Source: Phyllobates terribilis (Eukaryota). Taken from it: a DNA stretch of 64,000 bases. Below, one piece after another: positions 50,044 to 62,107 of the stretch. The stretch is taken from positions 16,368,001 through 16,432,000 of the forward strand of contig NW_027362770.1 of assembly GCF_046119375.1 (NCBI RefSeq). Direction: 5' to 3'. Position 1 is the first letter of the stretch, and the number at the start of each line of letters is the position of its first letter. The position numbers were made by a program, and so were the translations under genes. Under the pieces are notes generated by a model. The model did no database searches, was not told the DNA's origin, and saw only the letters and a list, made by a program, of their open reading frames with translations.

Positions 50044-51860
50044 TTATGTTACGCTGCTATCATTCAGTGGTGTTGAGAAGTCTGGCCCAATCCAGCCCTT
50101 GTTCATTTTTATAAGAGTCAGCCTGTCAGCATTTTCAGTTGACAGGTGGATGCGCTTATCAGTTATAATTCCACCAGGGGCACTAAAAACCCACTCTGAT
50201 AAAACGCTGGCGACAGGGCAGCCCAGGACCTTCAAGTCGTAGAGAGCCAGTTCATTCCACGTATCAAGCTTGGATACCCAATAATTATATGGCACAGAGG
50301 AATCATGGAGGACATTGGTACGGTCGGCAAGGTACTCTCTCAGCATCTTCCCAAACTTTGCACTCCTTGTGAGATTACCCCGCACCTCAGGGCCTGCGCA
50401 ATGGGAGGATCTGAGAAAACTGTCCCAGAACTTTGACAGTGTTCCCCTGCCTCTGCTGGATTGCATTTGTGTCTTTCTCGCCTGTACTCCTTGGTTGTCC
50501 AACGAACTGTGACCTCTGCTGCCAGCGTTTTCAGATGGGAATTTTTTAAATAGTTCCACAACAAGGGACTTCTGGTACTGCCCCTTTTTGTAGACCTGTC
50601 CGCCTCAGGAATAAGAGATATAAAGTTCTCCTTGTAGCGTGAGTCTAGAAGTGTCACCAAACAGTAATGACTGTCACCCAAAATTTTGAGAACGCGAGGG
50701 TCATGGTAAAAGCAGCGTAACATAATCTCAGCCATGCGTACCTGACTGCTAACAGGCAAGACTTCTGTGTGCTCACCAAGAGGATGACTGACCATGCTCT
50801 CCTCCTCCTCCTCCTCCTCTTCTCTGTCCTCTGGCCATCCACGCTGAACAGACGGTATGACAGTTGTGCAGGTAGTACCATCTATAGAGCATGAAACTAG
50901 CTCCTGTTCTTCCTCCTCCTCCTCCTCTTCCTCATTGTCACCCAATCCACGTTGGGATGAGATGAGGCTGGGCTGTGTGTAATCGCCCTGTATGGTTCCT
51001 TGCTCCATCTCATCATGCTCCGCCTGCAATGCATCCTCTTTGATTGTGAGCAGAGAGCGTTTCAAAAGACAGAGTAACAGTTGTACTGGCAACTTCCTTT
51101 GTGTTGGTGTTACTGGGAACGGTTGCCTACCTTTTTTCTGCAGCCACTACACTGCTTCTTCCTGCCTTTTTGGGGTGCTCTGCCTCCTTCCCCATGTGTG
51201 CTTTTCTCCTCACTCTGCATGTCCTCCTGCCAGGTTGGGTCAGTTACTACATCATCCACCACCTCGTCTTCTACTTCCGCACTCTGGTTCTCCTCCTGAC
51301 TTTTTGGCAATTGTGTCTCATCATCGTCCACCTCTTGTGACACTTTCCCATCGTCACCTTTGTGTGACCGTGGCTGCTCAAATATTTGGGCATAACTACA
51401 TGTGATCTCTTCTTGCCCTGCTTCAAGTGGACTAGGCGAGAGGCCCGAATCTATAAATGGAAAAGTGAACAGCTCTTCGGAGTGTCCAAGTGAGGGATCA
51501 GTTGTCTCTGGGCAATCGGCAAGGTGGGAGGAAGTAGGTTCAGGGTGAGGAATATGCGGTCCAGACTCACAGCTACTGAGACCTAACCGTGTGGAAGACA
51601 AGGTGGTGGTGGTTGTGGCTAAGTGACTGGAAGCATTATCTCCTACCCAACCAATAACCTTTTCACACTGCTCTGTGTTCAATAGTGGTGTTCTGTGGTC
51701 CCCGATTAATTGGGACAGGAAGGTCGAGCGAGAATATGTGGGTGTTTGTTGTGGCACAATTTCAGCTTGCCCACGGCCTCGGCCTCTGCATGCACCACCA
51801 TCACCATCACGTCCAGTTCCCTGTCCCTTGCCACGTGCCTTGCCCTTTTTAAATGGAGGA
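50044..51860 (-). pseudogene. Internally deleted hAT transposase, family 2 (N-terminus joined to C-terminus at ~51090)
   Basis: C-terminal dimerisation domain YWVSKLDTWNELALY...ASVLSEWVFSAPGGIITDKRIHLSTENADRLTLIKMN; LLDSRYK; the BED finger and core are missing at the junction. Confidence 0.88.
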
Positions 51861-51929
51861 CAATATCTTCCACGCTCACAACAAATGACTGAATTTGGAG
51901 CGAACTTATAAGTGATCTGTGTGACTTAC

Positions 51930-53600
51930 AAACCACAGTTTTAAATACCTGGCCTGTAGGTAACTATTTTGAACAGCAATCTGTTGTCAATTGCTTCACT
52001 GACACACTGAAAATTTGTTTAATGGAGGTCAGAAATGGCAGTATTTTATGAAAACATATATGTGATCAGTGTGAAGGAGAAAACACAGTTTTAAATACCT
52101 GGCCTGTAGGTAACTATTTTGAACAGCAATCGGTTGTCAATTGCTTCACTGACACACTGAAACAAATTTATAATGAAGGCCAGAAATGGCATTATTTTCT
52201 GAAAACTTATATGTGATCCGTGTGATGGAGAAAACACAGTATTAGATACCTGGCCTGTAGGTAACTATTTTGAACAGCAAACTGGTGTCAAAAACTTTGC
52301 TGACACACTGAAAAAAAATTTAATGGAGGCCAGAAATGGCAGTATTTTCTGAAAACGTAAATGTGATCCGTGTGACAGAGAAAACACAGTTTTAAATACC
52401 TGGCCTGTAGGTAACTATTTTGAACAGCAATCTGGTGTCAATTGCTTCACTGACACACTGAAAATTTGTTTAATGGAGGCCAGAAATGGCAGTATTTTCT
52501 GAAAACATATATGTGATCAGTGTGACGAAGAAAACACAGTTTTAAATACCTGGCCTGTAGGTAACTATTTTGAACAGCAATTTTGTGTCAATTGCTTCAC
52601 TGACACACTGAAACAAATTTTTAATGGAGGCCAGAAATGGCAGTATTTTCTGAAGACGTATATGTGATACGTGTGATGGAAAAAACACAGTTTTAAATAC
52701 TTGACCTGTAGGTAACTATTTTGAACAGAAATCTGGTGTCAATTGCTTCACTGACACACTGATAATCTGTTTAATGGAGGTCAGAAATGGCAGTATTTCT
52801 GAAAACGTATATGTGATCCGTGTGACGGAGAAAACACAGTTTTAAATACCTGGCCTGTAGGTAAGTATTTTGAACAGAAATCTGGTGTCAATTGCTTCAC
52901 TGACACACTGAAAATCTGTTTAATGGAGGTCTGAAATGGCAGTATTTTATGAAAACATATATGTGATCAGTGTGAAGGAGAAAACACAGTTTTAAATACC
53001 TGACCTGTAGGTGACTATTTTGAACAGAAATCTGGTGTCAATTGCTTCACTGACACACTGAAACAAATTTTTAATGGAGGTCAGAAATGGCAGTATTTTC
53101 TGAAAACGTATACTGTATGTGATCCATGTGAAGGAGAAAATACAGTTTTAAGTAGCTGGCCTGTAGGTAACTGTTTTGATCAGCAATCTGGTGTCAATTG
53201 TTTCACTGACACACTGAAACAAATTTTTAATGGAGGTCAGAAATGACAGTATTTTCTTAAAACGTATATGTGATCCGTGTGACGGAAAAACACAGTTTTA
53301 AATACCTGGCCTGTAGGTAACTGTTTTGAACAGCAAACCGGTGTCAAAAACTTTGCTGACACACTGAAAAAAACATTTAATGGAGGCCAGAAATGGCAAT
53401 ATTTTCTGAAAATGTGTATTTGATCCGTGTGACGGAGAATACACAGTATTAAATACCTGGCCGGTAGGTAACTATCTTGAACAGCAATCTGGTGTCAATT
53501 GCTTCACTGACACACTGAAATTTTTTTTAATGGAGGCCAGAAATGGCAGTATTTTCAGCGCAATTATATGTGATCCGTGTGAAGGACAAACCACAGTTTT
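51930..53600. repeat. ~151-bp tandem array (~11 units) between the hAT 5' end and the transposase
   Basis: TTAAATACCT at 51941 and 52091, and onward. Confidence 0.95.
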
Positions 53601-54284
53601 AAATAGCTGGATTTTTAGTGCTGTAATATGGAAAGGCCCTGCCTGCATTCTGCAGTGCCAACAAGCAAATGGCGCAGAAAAACTGTATTCTCTGGATTGC
53701 TTTTTAAGCAAATAATGAGGATTAAGATCCAAAAAAAATTATTCCTGGCCCCTGAGACCTGGGCCTATTTCTAGAAATATCTAACAGCAGCAGCAGACAT
53801 AACTGGAATGGAGCCTCTTGTGCTATGTGCACTGCAGTCTGCTTATATACCCTGCCTGCCTATGTACACTATCTGCCTGATATCTATGCAGATAGATTAG
53901 TCCTCAGAAGGACTGTTTGTTGAGATGGATATGTATCTCTATAATAGTTTGGTACACCTACACTAACTAGAAACAAGCAAATCTCTCCCTAGCTCAGCAG
54001 CATCTCTCCCTACACTGTCTTATTCTGGAGTGACTGTGACAAGCATGACGGCGCCAGGTCTGATATAGACCTGATGATGCTGTGCGGTCAGCCAATCACT
54101 GTAATGCCACAACCATCATGGCTATGGCATTACAGTGAGTGACAGGCAATTCCTGCATGTTCATTGGCGCTCTAAAGAGTGCCAAACATGCAGGGAGGAG
54201 ACCCGAGCTCCCGCCGAGCAACACCGGAGCAGTGAAATGCTTGGGCGAGCACCGAGCAGTAGCGAACATGCTGGCTCATCACTA
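53600..54284 (-). mobile_element. hAT family-2 5' end
   Basis: Ends GCTCATCACTA at 54284; oriented with the minus-strand transposase remnant. Confidence 0.85.
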
Positions 54285-54699
54285 GTAATAAACTCTAAAT
54301 TGATTTTCAATAAACAACCATCAGCAGCCCCATCAAACACCTCGGCTGCTTCTTCCTCCTCCTCTGTTATCGTGCCAAGTTGTGTCATGCAGGTGTCCGA
54401 CAGAACCAGCTTTATGCCATAAAAGCTATAGAAATGGAACAGATAATGCACTCACCAACAGTGTTGCTTGATAATAGTCCTGTTTATTCGGTATTACACA
54501 TGCGGAGGGGTGGTGCAGGTTCTGAGGTGCCGGGGGTAAGAGGACAACGGCCGTTTCGCGTGAGCGGCCGAAGCCTTTTGGTTATATACCTGAAAATGAG
54601 GCCATACGGCCAACCCGTATGTGAAACAACAACACAAATAAAAAAATGTTTAAAAACACAAAGCAACACATACACAGTTACAATGAACTTATGAAAACT

Positions 54700-55330
54700 C
54701 ATATAAATACAGATAAATCCTGGCGATCATTGAGTCCTGTCGGACCTTGTGCGTTAGAGTCCAGAATTAGCCTAGCTTCTTTTTGAAATAAAACTAAATT
54801 GTAATTACCTCAGTTTTTGGGCGGACTGACCTTCAGGAGGCCAGCAAAGCATAATTTATTAGGGTCGCTAACATGAGCTTCTTTCATGTGCTGAATTAAA
54901 TGTTCTTCCTGAACAAATCAATCTATAATGCTTACCCAACCTCACATGCAGGGGTCTGATGGTTTTCCCAATGTAGAAAAATCTACAGGAACAGAAAATC
55001 ACGTAGACCACATAATTAGTCTTACAGGTGATCAAATCCTTTACTTGCCACTTTAGGCTTCCCAATTGAAAAAAATTACCGCTGAGATGCAGTGAGCAGT
55101 GTGAACAGTGTCCACATTTGTAATTACCCCGAGGAATATCTCTCTCCAGCCAGTTCATATGAGGAATTTTGCATAAGCGATTTTTTACAAGTAAATCAGA
55201 AAGATTATGGCATCTTTTATACGCGAACAGGGGTTTATTTTCTTGCCTTTTCCTGTAGAACCCTGTCCTGCTCTAACATATGCCAGTTTTTCCTTATTGC
55301 TGCCTGGATCACATTATCAAGGTTAGTATG
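54700..55330 (-). mobile_element. Penelope-like element, GIY-YIG endonuclease fragment
   Basis: IRKNWHML, YKRCHNLSDLLV, YKCGHCSHC, TCKTNYVVYVIFCSCRFFYIGKTIRPL, QKEA...GPTGLN; cut at 55331 by a hAT end. Confidence 0.88.
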
Positions 55331-58300
55331 TAGTGTTGAGTGAGCATGCTCGACACTGCTCGGTACTCCCCCGAGCATCACACTACTTTGGATGTTCGGC
55401 AAGCACCGAGCATTTTCGGGTTACTCGGGCGGGAGCTCGGGTCTCCGCCCTGCATGTTTGGCGCTCTTTACAGAGCCAATGAACATGCAGAGACTGCCAG
55501 ACAGTCACCGTAATGCCGCAGCCATGCTTGTTGTGGGCATTACAGTGATTGGATGGCCGCACAGCATCACCTCGAGTATTTAAAACCGGGCGCCACCATC
55601 TTAGACACAGTCGCTCCGGATCAGACGGTGTAGGGAGAGTTCTGCTGAGCTAGGGAGAGATTTATGCTGCAAAATAGGTAGTGTAGGGTCTCTAAAGCCT
55701 GAAGAATCAAACAAACGGTCCTTGTTAGGACTAATATCCATCCCAGATATCAAGCAGGCAGGCAGGCTGTATAGGAGACGCAGTGGTTATACCAACAAAC
55801 ACTGCATTACAGTCCTGTGTGCTGCTTCTCAAATTTCTAGACTTAGCCCCAGGTCTCAGATGCAAGGAAAAATCCTTTTTTTTTTCATCTAAATCCCCTT
55901 TTTTATCCTCAGTCAGACTGTACAAATACCCGTCTTATTAACCTATTGGTATTTTCCCCTCCCCCACCAAAAAAAATTGAGTGTGTCTGTGAGTGTTCAG
56001 ACACAAATATATCTGTTTAAAAGAGTCTGGTGTAGGCCAGATAACTAGAAATGTGGTTTTCCTCTTCCACGGTTCAAATCTGGGTGTAATCCACCTTTTT
56101 GTGTAAAAAAAAACTGTTTCAGTGTCATGCTGACTAATCAGACACAAATATATCTGTTTAAAAGATTCTAGTGTAGTCCACAGAAATAGAATTGTGGTTT
56201 TCCTCTTCCACGGTTCAAATCTGGGTGTACTCCACCTTTTTGCATAAAAAAACAGTTTGAGTGTCTCGCTGACTGTTCAGACACAAATATATCTGTTTAA
56301 AAGATTCTGGTGTAGGCCAGAGAACAAGAACTGTGGTTTTCCTCTTCCACGGTTCAAATCTGGGTATAATCCATCTTTTTGCATAAAAAAAACAGTTTCA
56401 GTGTCTCGCTGACTGTTCAGACACAAATATATCTGTTTAAAAGATTCTGGTGTAGGCCACAGAAATAGAACTGTGGTTTTCCTCTTCCATGGTTCAAATC
56501 TGAGTGTACTCCACCTTTTTGCATAAAAAAACAGTTTGAGTGTCTCGCTGACTGTTCAGACACAAATATATCTGTTTAAAAGATTCTGGTGTAGGCCACA
56601 GAAATAGAACTGTGGTTTTCCTCTTCTACAGTTCAAATCTGGGTGTAATCCAACTTTTTGCCTTTTTTACATAAAAAAAAAAAGTTTGAGTGTCTCACTG
56701 ACTGTTCAGACACAAATATATCTGTTTAAAAGATTCTGGTGTAGGCCAGAGAACTAGAACTGTGGTTTTCCTCTTCCACGGTTCAAATCTGGGTGTAATC
56801 CATCTTTTTGCATAAAAAAAAAACAGTTTCAGTGTCTTCCTGACTGTTCAGACACAAATATATCTTTTTAAAAGATTGTGGTGTAGGCCACAGAAATAGA
56901 ACTGTGGGTTTACTCTTCCACGGTTCAAATCTGAGTGTAATCCACCTTTTTGCATAAAAAAAAAACAGTTTGAGTGTCTCGCTGACTGTTCAGACATAAA
57001 TATATCTGTTTAAAAGATTCTGGTGTAGGCCACAGAAATAGAACTGTGGTTTCCCTCTTCCACGGTTTAAATCTGGGTGTAATCCACCTTTTTGCATAAA
57101 AAAAACAGTTTCAGTGTCAAACTGACTATTCAGACACAAATATATCTGTTTTAAAGATTCTAGTGTAGTCCACAGAAATATAACTGTGGTTTTCCTCTTC
57201 CACGGTTCAAATCTGGGTGTAATCCACCTTTTTGCATAAAAAAAAACTGTTTGACTGTCTCGCTGACTGTTCAGACACAAATATATCTGTTTAAAAGATT
57301 CTAGTGTAGGCCAGAGAACTAGAACTGTGGTTTTCCTCTTCCATGGTTCAAATCTGGGTGTAATCCACCTTTTTGCATAAAAAAAACAGTTTCAGTGTCA
57401 AACTGACTATTCAGACACAAATATATCTGTTTTAAAGATTCTAGTGTAGTCCACAGAAATATAACTGTGGTTTTCCTCTTCCACGGTTCAAATCTGGGTG
57501 TAATCCACCTTTTTGCATAAAAAAAAACTGTTTGACTGTCTCGCTGACTGTTCAGACACAAATATAGCTGTTTAAAAGATTCTAGTGTAGGCCAGAGAAC
57601 TAGAACTGTGGTTTTCCTCTTCCATGGTTCAAATCTGGGTGTAATCCATCTTTTTGCATAAAAAAATCAGTTTGAGTGTCTCGCTGACTGTTCAGACACA
57701 AATATATATTTTTAAAAGATTGTGGTGTAGGCCACAGAAATAGAACTGTGGTTTTCCTCTTCCACGGTTCAAATCTGAGTGTAATCCACCTTTTTGCATA
57801 AAAAAAAAACAGTTTGAGTGTCTCGCTGACAATTCAGACACAAATATATCTGTTTAAAAGATTCTGGTGTAGGCCAGAGAACAAGAACTGTGGTTTTCCT
57901 CTTCCACGGTTCAAATCTCAAACTGTTTTTTTTTTATGCAAAAAGATGGATTACACTGAGTGTCACGCTGACTGTTCAGACACATATCTATCTGTTTATA
58001 AGATTCTGATGTAGGCCACAGAAATAGAACTGTGGTTTTCCTCTTCCACGGTTCAAATCTGAGTGTAATCCACCTTTTTGCATAAAAAAAAACTGTTTGA
58101 CTGTCTCGCTGACTATTCAGACACAAATATATCTGTTTAAAAGATTCTGGTGTAGGCCAGAGAACTAGAACTGTGGTTTTCCTCTTCCACGGTTCAAATC
58201 TGGGTGTAATCCACCTTTTTGCATAAAAAAAATCAGTTTGAGTGTCTCACTGACTGTTCAGACACAAATATATCTGTTTAAAAGATTCTGGTGTAGGGCA

Positions 58301-59800
58301 GAGAACTAGAACTGTGGTTTTCCTCTTCCACGGTTCAAATCTGGGTGTAATCCACCTTTTTGCATAAAAAAAAACAGTTTGAGTGTCTTGCTGACTGTTC
58401 AGACACAAATATATCTGTTTTTTAAACATTCTGGTGTAGACCACAGAAACAGAATTGTGGTTTTCCTATTCCATGGTTCAAATCTGGGTGTAATCCACCT
58501 TTTTGCATAAAAAAACAGTTTTAGTGTCTCGCTGACTGTTCAGACACAAATATATCTGTTTTTTAAACATTCTGGTGTAGGCCACAGAAACAGAATTGTG
58601 GTTTTCCTATTCCATGGTTCAAATCTGGGTGTAATCCACCTTTTTGCATAAAAAAAAACTGTTTGCCTGTCTCGCTGACTGTTCAGACACAAATATATCA
58701 GTTTAAAAGATTCTGGTGCAGGCCAGAGAACTAGAACTGTGGTTTTCCTCTTCCACTTTTCAAATCTGGGTGTAATCCATCTTTTTGCATAAAAAAAACA
58801 GTTTCAGAGTCTCGCTGACTGTTCTGACACAAATATATCTGTTTAAAAGATTCTGGTGTAGGCCACAGAAATAGAACTGTGGTTTTCCTCTTCCATGGTT
58901 CAAATCTGGGTGTAATCAATATTTTTGCATAAAAAAAAACAATTTGAGTGTCTCGCTGACTATTCAGACACAAATATATCTGTTTAAAAGATTCTGGTGT
59001 AGGCTACAGAAATAGAACTATGGTTTTCCTCTTCCACGGTTCAAATCTGGGTGTAATCCACCTTTTTGCATGAAAAAAAACAGTTTAAGAGTCTTGCTGA
59101 CTGTTCAGACACAAATATATCTGTTTAAAAGATTCTGGTGTAGGCCAGATAACTAGAACTGTGGTTTTCCTCTTCCACGGTTCAAATCTGGGTGTAATCC
59201 ACCTTTTTGCATAAAAAAAATCAGTTTGAGTGTCTCACTGACTGTTCAGACACAAATATATCTGTTTAAAAGATTCTGGTGTAGGGCAGAGAACTAGAAC
59301 TGTGGTTTTCCTCTTCCACGGTTCAAATCTGGGTGTAATCCACCTTTTTGCATAAAAAAAACAGTTTGAGTGTCTTGCTGACTGTTCAGACACAAATATA
59401 TCTGTTTTTTAAACATTCTGTTGTAGGCCAGAGAATAAGAACTGTGGTTTTCCTCTTCCACTTTTCAAATCTGTGTGTAATCCATCTTTTTGCATAAAAA
59501 AAAACAGTTTCAGTGTCTCGCTGACTGTTCAGACACAAATATATCTGTTTAAAAGATTCTGGTGTAGGCCACAGAAATAGAACTGTGGTTTTCCTCTTCC
59601 ATGGTTCAAATCTGGGTGTAATCCACCATTTTGCATAAAAAAACTGTTTGAGTGTCTCGCTGACTGTTCAGACACAAATATATCTGTTTAATAGATTTTA
59701 GTGTAGGCCACAGAAATAGAACTGTGGTTTTCCTCTTCCATGGTTCAAATCTGGGTGTAATCCACCTTTTTGCATAAAAAAACAGTTTGAGTGTCTCGAT
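55331..59800 (+). mobile_element. hAT 5' end (related to family 2) with a ~140-bp array, interrupted by hAT copy B
   Basis: Starts TAGTGTTGAG; 55331-55900 aligns with the reverse complement of 53700-54284. Confidence 0.8.
55960..59800. repeat. ~140-bp tandem array (~27 units)
   Basis: CAGACACAAATATATCTGTTT at 55998, 56139, 56278... Confidence 0.97.
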
Positions 59801-60715
59801 TAGAGATGAGCGTTGTTCGACTCGAACTGTTCGCCAATCTCAAATTCGAGCTGTTTTGGGCGGTGTTCGAGCCGTTCTGCGAACACCAACGATTTGAAAA
59901 AAATTCGACTGTTCGAGGTTTTGCTCGATAACTGTTCGTGCACCAAAATCATAACTGGATTTTTTCTCAGTAATGCTGAAAATTAATGTTAATACGCAGT
60001 TTGAGTGTACAGTGGGGCGGGGGGAGGGGCAGGGGATGGATCTCTGCATGAATTGTGAAGATCTCCATTTTTTTTCTCTTTCCCGCATTTACAGTGAGGA
60101 GGTGCAGTCTGTCAGCCTATCAGCAGCGCACACACGGAGCGAAGTGCTTATTTTCACACAAGCAAGGGCATGTGTCATTGGCAGTGTATGTCACATATCC
60201 TTGCCCTATAAGACCCAGCCATTTTCCCCGTAGCCACCATTTTCTCACTGCTGCAGCTGAGTGTTAGACGGCACCGCTGTTGCTGTGTGCGCTATACCTT
60301 GTTAATTTAAAGCCAATTTTCGCACAAATCTACAGATAGCTTAGGAGTAGGGAATAGGTGTGATTGCAGTCCTTTTAAGGACTAGGTTACAGCATTTCCT
60401 ACGACTTTTATCAGGCTGGTCTGTGCTCTTAAATAGATAGATTGGGAGTAAATACTAATTGTAATTGCAGTTCCTTTCAGGACTAAGTTAGATCAGTTCC
60501 TATCAGTTTTTGCCAGGCAGGTCTGTGCCAGTGCTGTGCAAGTTTTTTTCAAAGCATTTGGCTAAATCTAGAAAAGCTAATCCTTTTTGGCCTATTGCAG
60601 AGTGTGTTAGTCAGTGGAGTAGCCTATCTGCGTTGCAAGCTACACCACCTGTGTATAGAATACCAATTTTTTTACTGCACCTAGTGAAGTAAAACCTTTT
60701 GGGCATAGCATCATT

Positions 60716-61990
60716 CTATTAGTCCATCTATACTGACCTCCATCAGGTTGCAAATTGAATATAATTTTTTTCTGCATCTAGCTCTGAAAAAATATTTGGC
60801 CTTCTAGCAGTGTGTGGGACTTGTTCTATTAGTCCATCTATACTGACCTCCATCAGGTTGCAAATTAAAAATAATTTTTATCTGCGTCTAGCTCTGTAAA
60901 AATATTTGGCCTTCTAGCAGTGTGTGGGACTTGGTCTATTAGTCCATCTATACTGACCTCCATCAGGTTGCAAATTAAAAATAATTTTTATCTGTATCTA
61001 GCTCTGAAAAAATATTTGGCCTTCTAGCAGTGTGTGGGACTTGTTCTATTAGTCCATCTATACTGACCTCCATCAGGTTGCAAATTGAATATAATTTTTT
61101 TCTGCGTCTAGCTCTGAAAAAATATTTGGCCTTCTAGCAGTGTGTGGGACTTGTTCTATTAGTCCATCTATACTGACCTCCATCAGGTTGCAAATTAAAA
61201 ATAATTTTTATCTGCATCTAGCTCTGAAAAAAATATTTGGCCTTCTAGCAGTGTGTGGGACTTGTTCTATTAGTCCATCTATACTGACCTCCATCAGGTT
61301 GCAAATTAAAAATAATTTTTATCTGCATCTAGCTCTGAAAAAATATTTGGCCTTCTAGCAGTGTGTGGGACTTGTTCTATTAGTCCATCTATACTGACCT
61401 CCATCAGGTTGCAAATTAAAAATAATTTTTATCTGCATCTAGCTCTGTAAAAATATTTGGCCTTCTAGCAGTGTGTGGGACTTGGTCTATTAGTTCATCT
61501 ATACTGACCTCCATCAGGTTGCAAATTAAAAATAATTTTTATCTGCATCTAGCTCTGAAAAAATATTTGGCCTTCTAGCAGTGTGTGGGACTTGTTCTAT
61601 TAGTCCATCTATACTGACCTCCATCAAGTTGCAAATTGAATCTAATTTTTTTCTGCATCTAGCTCTGAAAAAATATTTGGCCTTCTAGCAGTGTGTGGGA
61701 CTTGTTCTATTAGTCCATCTATACTGACCTCCATCAGGTTGCAAATTAAAAATTTTTTTTATCTGCATCTAGCTCTGAAAAAATATTTGGCCTTCTAGCA
61801 GTGTGTGGGACTTGTTCTATTACTCCATCTATACTGACCTCCATCGGGTTGCAAATTAAAAATAATTTTTATCTGCATCTAGCTCTGAAAAAATATTTGG
61901 CCTTCTAGCAGTGTGTGGGTCTTGTTCTATTAGTCCATCTATACTGACCTCCATCAGGTTGCAAATTGAATATAATTTTTTTCTGCATCT
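60716..61990. repeat. 110-bp tandem array (~11-12 units) inside hAT copy B
   Basis: Reverse complement of the 317-2472 unit. Confidence 0.96.
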
Positions 61991-62107
61991 AACCCAGACA
62001 ATAGTTTTGGCCTAATAACACAGTTTGGCCACTCAGCTCTGCTCGGTTCCCATCCATTGTTTTCTTGTGCAAACAACTCCAGAGTTGTGAATTAGTTAAC
62101 CACCAAA

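Noticed and set aside
41776-54284. One 12.5-kb hAT bounded by the two TAGTGATGAGC ends
   Set aside because: Not asserted: the flanks are not direct 8-bp repeats, and a Tc1 TIR fragment interrupts at 42152, so the ends may come from different insertions.
54285-54460. Possible exon FYGIKLVLSDTCMTQLGTITEEEEEAAEVFDG on minus
   Set aside because: The adjacent GT-AG interval is only 30 nt, there is no recognisable homology and the region is truncated by the hAT end.
54540-54615. Possible hammerhead ribozyme beside the Penelope fragment (CTGAAAATGA-GGCC-ATAC-GGCC; GCGAAACGGCCG on minus)
   Set aside because: Penelope-like elements do carry hammerheads, but neither strand has an intact CUGANGA plus GAAA core with all three stems. 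At most a decayed remnant; an Infernal search would settle it.
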